A stretch of 64,000 bases of DNA from Clostridia bacterium (GTDB lineage Bacteria > Bacillota > Clostridia > JAAYHZ01), in NCBI GenBank assembly GCA_050950825.1, contig JBMNIH010000010.1, positions 64,001 through 128,000 on the forward strand, written 5' to 3'. A program made the position numbers and the translations under genes. Of this stretch, positions 50,887 to 60,213 are shown one piece after another (position 1 is the stretch's first letter; the number at the start of each line of letters is the position of its first letter). Below the pieces are notes generated by a model. It did not search any database. It saw nothing but the letters and a program-made list of their open reading frames with translations, and was not told the DNA's origin.

Positions 50887-51597
50887 TTAGTCGGTTATGT
50901 ATTTAATGTAATAGCCGATACCCCTCTTCGTGTGAATATATTTACCCTTGTCCACGGATTCGTCTTCGATTTTTTCTCGAATACGAGCCACCGTAACATC
51001 CACGGTTCTTTTATCCCCGGGAAATTCATATCCCCAGACTTCTTTCAATAATTGTTCTCTTGTAAAAATCTGTCCTTCTCGTTCCGCCAAAAATTTAACC
51101 AGCTCATACTCACGGATAGTAAGATGCAAATCCTCTCCGTTTCTACGAATTTCAAATCTTTGGGTATCGATTTCCAGCTTGCCGAGGTGTAAAATCGCGG
51201 AAGAACCGAGACTTTCGGTTTCTTTTTCTTGTATCTCCGTTCTACGCAGATTCGACTTGATTCTAGACAACAGCACACGAATAGACGGCGGCTTTGTTAT
51301 ATAATCATCCGCTCCCAATTCCAATCCTAAAACTTGATCGAACTCTTCTTCTCTTGCAGTAAGCATGATAATGGGAACGTTGGATTTTTCCCTGATCTTT
51401 CTGCAAACGCTGAATCCGTCCATTTTCGGAAGCATGACATCCAACAAAATCAAATCCGGTTCATATTGATCACACAAACGAACAGCTTCTTCTCCGTCAT
51501 AGGCTTCGATGGTTTCATAACCTTCTTTACGAAGGTTAAATTTTAAGATATCCACGATATTTTGCTCGTCGTCTACAATCAATATTTTTTTTGCCAT
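50887..51597 (-). CDS. walR: WalR-like OmpR-family response regulator
   Basis: VDDE, LDVMLP, GLELGADDY, VWGY and RTVDVTV.R.REKIED motifs. Confidence 0.85.
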   Translation of the reverse strand: MAKKILIVDDEQNIVDILKFNLRKEGYETIEAYDGEEAVRLCDQYEPDLILLDVMLPKMDGFSVCRKIREKSNVPIIMLTAREEEFDQVLGLELGADDYITKPPSIRVLLSRIKSNLRRTEIQEKETESLGSSAILHLGKLEIDTQRFEIRRNGEDLHLTIREYELVKFLAEREGQIFTREQLLKEVWGYEFPGDKRTVDVTVARIREKIEDESVDKGKYIHTKRGIGYYIKYITD

Positions 51598-51629
51598 TAA
51601 AATCTCCTCTTCTAATTCTTCTAAATTGT

Positions 51630-52706
51630 TTATCTGCCGATCAAATAATCAAAATCGGCTTTCGCTATCATATAGTTAATTTGATTGGACAATAAGCTAT
51701 AGCGAGCGGAATTGTAGTTAATGACGGTACTGATATAGCTATCCCAAGTGGTCAGCTGTGTCCTGTACATCTGATAGGTTTCGTTCATGGTCTTTTCTCT
51801 GAGCTCCAGGTTCTTTTCCGCAAGCTTAATCTTATTGTATTTGCTCTTTAAATTGTTATAAGCTACTCTTATATTGTACTCCAGATTAATTTTCGCCAAA
51901 TCGTCGTTGTACAATGCATTTTTGTAGTTGTATGTATTTTGCCAATATACGGCCATATCATCATCATAGAACTTTTCGGTAAGCTCCATGACTTTTTCTT
52001 GAATCTTTACATCCATGGCTCTGCTGTAGATAGTGCTGTCATTCTCCAAAGCCTCTTGTATTACCTTTTCCAAGTCAATGGTATCCGGAGAGTCGTATTT
52101 AAGCTCAACCTTTTCAATTACCAAATCTTCTTCCGACATGGGAATATTCAGAAGAAGTTTAAAGTCCATGTTCTTCTTTTCCAAATCGTATTTTAAGTCG
52201 GCAATGGTATCTTTTCTGTTTTCTACCGTTACTTGCTGCGATGTATAGGTATCCAAAGTGATTCTACCTGCAATATAATTCGAATAGGCTCTCTCCAGTT
52301 TTTGTTGATCAATTTTTAAAAGCTCCTCTTGGTTCGCCAAGTTTTCATAGGAAAGAATAAGCCCTAACGCCTGCTTGTATACGTTCAGCTTTAATTGCCT
52401 GTTTGCATCCTCCTTTTGCTTTTTCGCCAATTCATACACTTTCTCCGTTACTATAGGCGTTACGAAACGGTTGTAGCTTCCGCTGTATGTATTCATGGAG
52501 GTTGTGGGAACCTTTCTTACCGCTTCTTCGTAATTGATCCTGTATTCTTCGATTTGTATATCTCTTAACTCGTCTTGTTTCCAATTGTTTTCAATTGCCA
52601 TTTCAATAGCTTGATCTACGCTGATTTTACCGGACCCTGCTGCCGCTGCCGTCGATACCAAGCATACCATTAATATCGTAATCAAAACTCTCGCTGATTT
52701 TTTCAT
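51630..52706 (-). CDS. Secreted TolC-like (OEP repeat) helical protein
   Basis: Signal peptide AAA-G. Two repeats open with ISVDQAIEMAIENN and IDLEKVIQEALEND and close with YIAGRITLD...FKLLLNIP and YRTQLTTWD...FDYLIG. Confidence 0.65.
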   Translation of the reverse strand: MKKSARVLITILMVCLVSTAAAAGSGKISVDQAIEMAIENNWKQDELRDIQIEEYRINYEEAVRKVPTTSMNTYSGSYNRFVTPIVTEKVYELAKKQKEDANRQLKLNVYKQALGLILSYENLANQEELLKIDQQKLERAYSNYIAGRITLDTYTSQQVTVENRKDTIADLKYDLEKKNMDFKLLLNIPMSEEDLVIEKVELKYDSPDTIDLEKVIQEALENDSTIYSRAMDVKIQEKVMELTEKFYDDDMAVYWQNTYNYKNALYNDDLAKINLEYNIRVAYNNLKSKYNKIKLAEKNLELREKTMNETYQMYRTQLTTWDSYISTVINYNSARYSLLSNQINYMIAKADFDYLIGR

Positions 52707-52723
52707 ATGAACGACTTCCTTTC

Positions 52724-53884
52724 TCAATTTTCCATATCCATCAAATAAGACATATAGGATGTATTAAAATCGTAAATTTGAAGCTTTAAGTTGTTTTGCG
52801 CCTTGATTATGTCGAGCTGTTTTTGCTCTACCGCCGTATAGGTGGCGTCGTTATCCAAATACTGTTGATACAATTGATCGTACGATTTTCGAAGCTCGGC
52901 TAAATTTTCTTTGGACTCCTCAATAGCTTCAAAAGCTTTTATAATGGATTTTGCTCTTTCGTTTAACTGTCTTCTTTGATAGAAATGCAATTGTTCCAAT
53001 TCTTTCTCCAAATCGGCGATTCGTTCCTCGATGTTTTCCACTTCTTCAAGGATATCCTTTTCAATATGAGAATAAATAAGAATTAATGATTCCAACGATT
53101 CTTTTCGATACTGTTCTTTTTCAATTTGATATTCTTTTTCCTTGATGATAGCTTCGAATTTACGATCCGCCAATTTTTGAATATGGTCGGTGTTTTTGAT
53201 CATCGGCTCCTCGTCCAAATCGAAATCCTTGTATTCGGTTAAAAGGTCCATTCCGATATAACGGTTGAAGCTCATTAAATTGTTTTCATAGGCAAGAGTT
53301 GCATCTTCCAAAGCGTCTTCTGCCGATAAATAGCTATATCTTGCACTTAAAACCTCGGTATAGGTTTGCGTACCGATTCGATAAAACGTCTCGGCAATAT
53401 CCAAGGCTTTTTTGGCAAAATACAGGTTCTTTTCGTTATAGAAAATGTTCAATTTGCTGGCGTATAGAGTTCGTAAAGAATTACGAATTGAAATTGCTTC
53501 CCTGTCGAGACCGGCTTTTACGGAATTTTTTAAATCTTCGATACTTTTCTTTTGTTCGGCAATGCCGTACTTCATGATCACCATATTATTGGCACGTGTC
53601 ATCGGTGAGGACGCACCGACAATAGGATCGGTCATTTTTTCATATTTTTCCAAAGTCTCTTCCAAGGCGGGCAAATTGAGATCCACATTCATTTCCATCA
53701 GTTTGATCTTTTCTTGCTTCCCATACTGTTCCAAAGCCCATTTATAATCGATTTTATCGGGTATGGATTCGGAGACTACGGAGTCTACAGATTCATCGGC
53801 CGTCAATAACGGATCTTGTTCTGCATATGTAGTGAACCCGAACGAAAATAAAAGGACTAGCAATAAAATGACTGCCTTCTTCAA
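52724..53884 (-). CDS. Secreted TolC-like (OEP repeat) helical protein
   Basis: AGGAGG RBS with TTG start; signal peptide TYA-E; FYRIGTQTYTEVLSARYSYLSA...FNRYIG resembles the TolC repeat end; coiled-coil rich. Confidence 0.6.
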   Translation of the reverse strand: MKKAVILLLVLLFSFGFTTYAEQDPLLTADESVDSVVSESIPDKIDYKWALEQYGKQEKIKLMEMNVDLNLPALEETLEKYEKMTDPIVGASSPMTRANNMVIMKYGIAEQKKSIEDLKNSVKAGLDREAISIRNSLRTLYASKLNIFYNEKNLYFAKKALDIAETFYRIGTQTYTEVLSARYSYLSAEDALEDATLAYENNLMSFNRYIGMDLLTEYKDFDLDEEPMIKNTDHIQKLADRKFEAIIKEKEYQIEKEQYRKESLESLILIYSHIEKDILEEVENIEERIADLEKELEQLHFYQRRQLNERAKSIIKAFEAIEESKENLAELRKSYDQLYQQYLDNDATYTAVEQKQLDIIKAQNNLKLQIYDFNTSYMSYLMDMEN

Positions 53885-53916
53885 TACAGCACCTCCTACA
53901 CACATCACTTAGAGTT

Positions 53917-53945
53917 ATTATAGCATAAACCCGTTAGCTAGGCAA
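53917..53945 (-). promoter_or_regulatory. SigA promoter for the TolC-like pair and wal operon
   Basis: TTGCCT-17 nt-TATAAT with extended TG. Confidence 0.7.
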
Positions 53946-53963
53946 TTGACAAGTTATTTTATA

Positions 53964-54005
53964 AATGTAAATAACCGCCTAAGTGATTAGGCGGTTATTC
54001 ACATT
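53964..54005 (-). terminator. Hairpin terminator after S-layer gene 2
   Basis: 13-bp perfect stem AATAACCGCCTAA / TTAGGCGGTTATT, extendable on both sides. Confidence 0.75.
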
Positions 54006-54012
54006 CGTTATT

Positions 54013-56781
54013 TTATTTTATCGTGATTTGGATCGACGCTTGTGTACCGAGAATCGATGTATAAGTCAAGGTTACGACACCGGTCTTCTTGTATTGCAAG
54101 TTACCCGCGTTGTCCACGGCCAGTACTTCCGGATTCGAGGAAGTAAAGAATCCCGTGGAAGCCGGACTGATAGGCAACGGAACGACGGTTGTCAGCATGT
54201 TGACTCCGTATTGGTCCAGAATCTTGAATTGCAGCTTCGTGAAGTTAACAACATTTCCATAGTATTCAATTTCACTTCTGGTCGTTTCGACAGCCGGTCC
54301 GAAGGAAACGCTCTTGATGGACCTTGCGTTGCTGGAATTCACGGTTATTTCACAGAGCTTCTTCGCCGTAGCGTCATAAGCCATGATTACGGTAGAATCC
54401 GTGGTGCTGCTGCTCTTGGAGAATATTCTCCAAACGCCGCTTCCGTCTTTTACAACAACGAAATTCGGGTTCGAAGAAGTCAAGTATGCAATCTTGTCTT
54501 GCTTCAGTGTAATGGTGGTTCCGTCGGCAGCTTTACCGTAGATCGTTACCGGTTTCGCATAGTCGCCGGCTTTGTTCAAATCGCTTCCAAAATCAACGTT
54601 GGAATACAGGGTACCGATTTCGTTAAATCCGAACAGAACGGCACTGGTTGCGGTATCCACGTCGTATACTCTCATACTAAAGGAGTTTTCCGAACCCGGC
54701 AGAATGTTGCCGTAGTTGTTAAGACCTATGGTGAAGTACATGGAGCCTTCCGTCAAAGCAATAAAGTCGAAGGTGTTTTTGGTAGTGTTTTTCGTCACGC
54801 TAACGATGTTGCCTTCCGGAACGATAATGAAATTATCTACCGTCATGCCGTGAGCAACGGGATCATAATCTCTTCCGTATTGGTCTACGAGTTTGATCGC
54901 GCTTATCGGAAGCTGGTACATAGCTCCTTTTTCAATACCCAAATTGGCATTGACAGCAGCGATAGCCGTAGGAATAGCGGGCTCGTAAACGTCCATCGTC
55001 AGAGTATCCATTAATTTGCCCTTCCAGAAGTAATGAATGATTACGGATCCGCCCTTGTTGCCGGTAGGTTTTATGTACATGACTCCGTTGGAATCTACGT
55101 AGATATCTCCCGGTTTTACGACTTCGGGGTTGGAAGAGTTAATCGTCAACCATTTGTTTACTTCCGTGTAGTTTTGGGTTTTCGACAGCGGCGTTCCGAA
55201 TTGGTCGGTAATATTGTACGACAGCTCGGTGGATTCGCCGGAGATTATGGTGTTGTACGGAGTGAAGATACGTATATCCGCAACGGCGATAGGATCAAAT
55301 ACCTGTATAGGCAGGCTTGTTACCGATGCAGACGCATTGCATAATACCGACAAGCTAACCGTTCCCGGGTTGCTTCCGATATCGACCGTCATAACACCCT
55401 GGGAGTTGAAGTAAATATTGGATGTACGGAGAATGTTCTCATTCGAAGATACGAATGTCAAACCTTCTTTGCTCTTTACAAGCATCTTGTTGCCGTATTG
55501 GTCGTATGCTTCGTATTTTACAACAAGCCCCTTTTCATTGGTTTCAATATAATTCTTATTATTGGCCGGAACGATTTCAATGAGTGTAAATACGGTGACA
55601 ACAGGCTGCTTAATCGCTTTAAGATCAAATTGACCTACCAAGGTAGAGGATATATGCATGATCGTAACCGTAACCGTTTCGTTTTCCTTTACACCGGTCG
55701 TATTAATCGCCCATGTGCTGGGATTTACCATTAACGGAGTACCTGTGGTTTTGTTGAAGGCAGTAACGATAAATGCACTTCTGCTTACAATCTTCATATC
55801 TTTACCGTATTGGTTATATACAATAGGAGTAATCGTAGCGTTATCCCCGATAAGAATCGTATTTTCCGTCAATTCCATAGTAGTGGGCTTCGCCGCTTCG
55901 ATCGTCACATCAATGGCAGGAAGATCGCCAATAGTAAGCTTATATACACCCGATGTGAAAGAGCCTATACGGGTAATCACTACTTGGGTCCTGTCGGCAC
56001 TCCACTGTTGAGTCGTAAACACTTGAGCATTTCCGCTCTTTAAGGATACACTTGTTCCTACAGGCATTGCCTTGTTGAACACAACGGTGATTTCATTATC
56101 GTTTGTTGCTCTCGCACTTACGATTCTTGCACTGGTAACAAGACCAACAGAGTCCGCTACGGCTGCATTGATAACGCCTTCGTTAATGAGGAACTCGGTT
56201 AACGTTGTGTTGGTGCCTTTCTTTTTAATAACCAAAGCATCAATAATGGAAATGGCTACATCGTTGTTGGTCAGCGGCTTGTTTCCATCATAAAAACTCT
56301 TCAAACCAAGATTCCTCGAAAAATTCATGACGCTTGACCATGTATAGTCCACATCCTGTGTGTAGCCTAAAACGGTTACTAGAACCTTATTAAATTCAGC
56401 AACAGTCATAATTTTGTTCGGTTGGAACGTACCGTCGGGATATCCTCCGAACCCTAGTTGCGGATTTGCCTTTAAATAAGCCAAACGGCTTGCGAACCAT
56501 TCATTTCCTACGATGTCCTTAAAATTGTCTTTTCCTTCATAAGCTTGGGCTTCGTCTTCTTTACCCATTAAACGGAGAAGAAGAGTCGCACCTTGAGCTC
56601 GAGTCGTAGCAGAAGCTAAATATTTGGCATCCACTCCGTTTCCTGATCCCAGAAGAACGCCTAAAGCTTCGCACTTTTCAGCAGGCGTAGAGAAAGGTGA
56701 AACCGCCAAAGCCGGTACTGAAAAAGTCAGAAGAATACTTAATGTAATAGCTACTGCTATAAGTTTTCTCATACTCTTCAT
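54013..56781 (-). CDS. S-layer protein 2 (N-terminal SLH-type domains plus Ig-like repeats)
   Basis: Signal peptide ALA-V; TTRAQ and GFGGYPDGTFQP SLH motifs; five D/NQY/FG-containing beta-rich repeats. Confidence 0.8.
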   Translation of the reverse strand: MKSMRKLIAVAITLSILLTFSVPALAVSPFSTPAEKCEALGVLLGSGNGVDAKYLASATTRAQGATLLLRLMGKEDEAQAYEGKDNFKDIVGNEWFASRLAYLKANPQLGFGGYPDGTFQPNKIMTVAEFNKVLVTVLGYTQDVDYTWSSVMNFSRNLGLKSFYDGNKPLTNNDVAISIIDALVIKKKGTNTTLTEFLINEGVINAAVADSVGLVTSARIVSARATNDNEITVVFNKAMPVGTSVSLKSGNAQVFTTQQWSADRTQVVITRIGSFTSGVYKLTIGDLPAIDVTIEAAKPTTMELTENTILIGDNATITPIVYNQYGKDMKIVSRSAFIVTAFNKTTGTPLMVNPSTWAINTTGVKENETVTVTIMHISSTLVGQFDLKAIKQPVVTVFTLIEIVPANNKNYIETNEKGLVVKYEAYDQYGNKMLVKSKEGLTFVSSNENILRTSNIYFNSQGVMTVDIGSNPGTVSLSVLCNASASVTSLPIQVFDPIAVADIRIFTPYNTIISGESTELSYNITDQFGTPLSKTQNYTEVNKWLTINSSNPEVVKPGDIYVDSNGVMYIKPTGNKGGSVIIHYFWKGKLMDTLTMDVYEPAIPTAIAAVNANLGIEKGAMYQLPISAIKLVDQYGRDYDPVAHGMTVDNFIIVPEGNIVSVTKNTTKNTFDFIALTEGSMYFTIGLNNYGNILPGSENSFSMRVYDVDTATSAVLFGFNEIGTLYSNVDFGSDLNKAGDYAKPVTIYGKAADGTTITLKQDKIAYLTSSNPNFVVVKDGSGVWRIFSKSSSTTDSTVIMAYDATAKKLCEITVNSSNARSIKSVSFGPAVETTRSEIEYYGNVVNFTKLQFKILDQYGVNMLTTVVPLPISPASTGFFTSSNPEVLAVDNAGNLQYKKTGVVTLTYTSILGTQASIQITIK

Positions 56782-56826
56782 GCGTATGTATCCTCCTTGT
56801 TTTTATTAATAAATATTGCATACCTG

Positions 56827-56855
56827 TTAGACTGCATATTTGTTCCAAATGTTCC
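56827..56855 (-). promoter_or_regulatory. ECF-sigma-like promoter
   Basis: GGAAC-18 nt-GTCTAA. Confidence 0.45.
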
Positions 56856-56872
56856 CCGTACTGTACTTACTT

Positions 56873-56901
56873 ATTATAACATCAACCGTAATTTCAATCA
56901 A
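56873..56901 (-). promoter_or_regulatory. SigA promoter of S-layer gene 2
   Basis: TTGATT-17 nt-TATAAT with extended TG. Confidence 0.7.
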
Positions 56902-56958
56902 TAATTTGCATAATACGTAACAAACAAGTAATAAACTGAGCATTCAAAAATTAGGCAT

Positions 56959-56986
56959 GAAAAAAGCCGCTTGCTAAGCAAGCGGC
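56959..56986 (-). terminator. Intrinsic terminator after S-layer gene 1
   Basis: GCCGCTTGC-tta-GCAAGCGGC followed by a T-tract on the minus strand. Confidence 0.85.
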
Positions 56987-57010
56987 CTTTCTATCGTATT
57001 TATATCCGAT

Positions 57011-59810
57011 TTACACAGCAGGTGCAGTAAGGGTAATTACGATGCTGTCTCTCAGACCGTTGTTGGCTACGTAGGTCAATGTAATGACATCGCCTGCTTC
57101 ACCGGTAACGGTAAAGGTCTTGTTCGCGTAATCAATGGTTATTCCGGCGCTTGCAGAAGAATCTTTCGATACTTCGTATGCGAAGAATCCGTCCTTCTGT
57201 AAGTCGAATGCATCAGCCGCAATGATTGTAGCTGTGGTAGCAACCATGTTCACACCGTATTGGTCATTTACCTTGAAGCCGAGTTTTGCAACAAGGCCAT
57301 AGGTACCCGGAGCCATGGTCATATCAGATCCGAATACTACGCTGCTGATGGTTCTGCCCTTCGTAGCATTGACGTCAGCTTGGGCAAGTAACTTACCGGC
57401 TTCGTCGTATGCTCTGATCGTTGTCGTTTGAGCAGAATCAACTTTCGAGTAGATCTTCAATCCGTCTACGGCAATGTTGATGTTGGAGGAGAGCAGTCTG
57501 AAGATCTTGCCGTCCTTCAATGTAACAACCGTGCCGTCCTTCGTCTTTCCGGTCAAGGACATTGCTTTCGCATAGTCGGCAGCAGCCGTAGCGTCAGCAA
57601 ACTTACCGCTGTACAGTGTCGGAACGGAAGCGAATGCGTAGGTTACGCCGTTTTCAGCCTTGTTCACGTCAACTGCCTTCAAGGTGAAGGAGTATGCGGA
57701 AGCATCTTTGCCTTTCAGCTTGAGAGTAAATTCTACAGAACCTTCAGTGGTCGGATTAGCTGCGAATACAAATCCGCCGTTGGTTGTAGCTGTAACTTTT
57801 CCATCCGTTGCAGGATTGGAGGTCAATACGAAATCTTCTACAGCAAGAGCATCAGCATAGTCAGACTTGAGGTCTTTATAAACTCTTCCGTATTGGTCAA
57901 CTACTTTAATCTTATCCAGTGCAAGTGTCTGTGTAGCACCCAATTCAATACCGCCGTTGATGGTCACTCCTTCAATGTTGGTAGCAACTGCTTTTTCCCA
58001 AACGTTCAAGCTAAAGGATCCTTGCAATTGTCCCTTCCAGAGGTAGTATACGGTGACGTATCCCTTGGTTCCTGCTAAGGGTTTTACTGACAGCTTGCCA
58101 TCTTCAAGAGCGAAGATAACTTTGTTTGCATCAACACCGACAATGTTAAATGTCAGGCGTCGCGCCAAGAGTTACGTGTTTCTTTTCGATTTCATTGCCG
58201 AATTGGTCTAATGCGGTAAATTCGATTTCCGTGGTTTCGCCTTCAACAACTTCCTTCAAAGGTCCACCGATGACAACCTTGTCTACAGCGGCAGGATCGA
58301 ATACCGTAATCGGCAGGCTGGTTACTACTGCAGCAGAGTTAACCAGTACGGACAATGTAACTGTTCCGGCCTTTAAGGGCTTGAACGTCAATTTTCCGTC
58401 GCCGTCGAATTTCATATCCGAAACCTTCAAGATGTTTTCATCGGAAGAGATGAATGTCAATCCGGAACCTTCATTTACGTTGGTTAAGCTCTTCAAAGTG
58501 ATTTTCTTACCGTATTGGTCGTAAGCTTCGTAAGTGATTTGAACGCTGCTGTGTGTGGTATTAACGGTGTTAGAACCTTCAGGAATTACAACGCCGGTCA
58601 TGGCAAATTGCATTACCTTGGATTCAAGTACAGCGGTCAATTCAGCTTGGCCAACGATAGTGGATTGATGATGCATTGCTGTTACAACAATGATATCATT
58701 TTCAGCTGTTGCGCTGCCACCGGGAATCGTGATCTTAAATTTATTGTTTGCACTTCCGGGTGATACCATCAACACATTGCCTTTTGTTTTGTTGAATGCT
58801 GTAGCGGAGAAGTTTTGTCCTGCAACGTTCATCTTCTTGCCGTATTGGTTGTACAGAGCCAATTCAACTTCTGCATCGGTTCCAATTTGTACTGTAGTTG
58901 TAACGATAGCAAGAGATTGCGCAACTTCTTTTTCGAACTTAACGGTAGCTGTCAAATCACCAACGCTCAATTCGTATGTACCTTCTGCAAATGCAATGCT
59001 GTTCGGTCTGTTCAGAACAACTTGTGTCTTCGCATCGTTCCACTTCTTGTTAACGAATACGTTCATGAAGCCGCTCTTAACAGTAATTGCGGGATCACCT
59101 TCTACCGGTTTGCTGAAGGTTACGGTGATTTCATCAGCATTCGTGGGAACAGCGCTAATAATAGCCAGCTGGGTTACCAAACCTGCTGCGGCTGCGTCTG
59201 CTGCGCTGATGATTCCGTCTGCGATCAAGCTGTCAATGAAAGCAACACCGGATTTTGTTTCAGCTTGTAAAGCTTCGAGAATAGCTACAGCCATATCGTT
59301 GTTTGTGATAGGAGCGGACGGATCATCGATGGATGCCAATCCGAGTTCTGCAGCCTTCTGAGCTACTTGAGCCCAAGTATAGTCAACGTCTTGGATGTAT
59401 CCCAGTGCCGTTAACAATACTTTGTATAATTCTGCTCCGGTCATTACTTTTCTGGGTTGGAAAGATCCGTCGGGATATCCAACAAAGCCAATGGACGGAT
59501 TTGCTTTAACATATGCCGTAACGGATGCATACCATTCGTTTCCGACTACGTCGGTGAAGTTGTCTTGTCCGGCATATGCCAAGGCTTCATCTTCTTTGCC
59601 CAGTAAGCGTAACAGAAGAATGGTACCTTGGATTCTTGTAGTTGCTTTCGCGAGGTATTCGTCGGTAACACCGTCGCCTTCTCCTTGGAGAATTCCCAGC
59701 AATTCAACTTTTTCAGCAGCTGTCAGTTCAGCAGCCATGACAGGTACTGTCAATGTGAGAAGAATCGCCAGTGAGAGAGCAACTGCGAGCAGTTTCTTCA
59801 AATTCTTCAT
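57011..59810 (-). CDS. S-layer protein 1, split by a +1 frameshift near 58149-58171
   Basis: ORFs 58146-59810 and 57011-58168 align colinearly with the two halves of the intact paralog (DQFG... / YYLWKGQL vs HYFWKGKL). Signal peptide VMA-A and SLH motifs present. Confidence 0.8.
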
Positions 59811-59927
59811 AGTTTGAAAATCCTCCTTTAATTATTTGGAATGATTCTTTTTTAAATTTATGTACCACAATGCATTCCAATACATCTATAGTACAGAACC
59901 AAGGGGAGACCCCTTAAGTCCATTGCA

Positions 59928-59956
59928 AGTATAGCATCCGTAGTTCATTAAATCAA
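59928..59956 (-). promoter_or_regulatory. SigA promoter of S-layer gene 1
   Basis: TTGATT-17 nt-TATACT with extended TG. Confidence 0.7.
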
Positions 59957-59971
59957 TGAAAGTGCGTCAAG

Positions 59972-60009
59972 TGTAAAAAAACTGTAATACAATGAAATAA
60001 CTATGTTAC
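59972..60009 (+). promoter_or_regulatory. Tandem WalR-like boxes
   Basis: TGTAAA-N5-TGTAAT is an exact match to TGTWAH-N5-TGTWAH, followed by TGAAAT-N5-TGTTAC. Confidence 0.55.
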
Positions 60010-60091
60010 AAATGAAAAAAGATTCCTACCATTGTTCATTTAACCAAGTCATTCCACAAATACCGACGCGGTAACAAACAAATAATATAAA

Positions 60092-60213
60092 TTATCCACC
60101 GATTTTTTAACATATCAACAACCGTTGAAATCCGCTTCTCATCTGCGTTTTAACGTTTTTTTCTTAAAGTTATCCACAATTATGTGGATAACATATTGTT
60201 TATTTTATCAACA
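60092..60213. promoter_or_regulatory. DnaA-box cluster
   Basis: Perfect TTATCCACA (60170) and TGTGGATAA (60183); one-mismatch boxes at 60092 and 60205; two-mismatch box at 60112. Confidence 0.75.

Noticed and set aside
53983-55014. 343-aa plus-strand ORF, and similar ones at 57428-58078 and 58690-59361
   Set aside because: Antisense shadows of codon-biased S-layer genes; no RBS or recognisable motifs.
58146-58168. prfB-style programmed +1 frameshift in the S-layer gene
   Set aside because: No slippery codon allowing re-pairing before the stop and no internal SD; kept only as an unexplained indel.
60092-60213. oriC
   Set aside because: No dnaA, dnaN or gidA neighbours and no change of gene orientation across the site.
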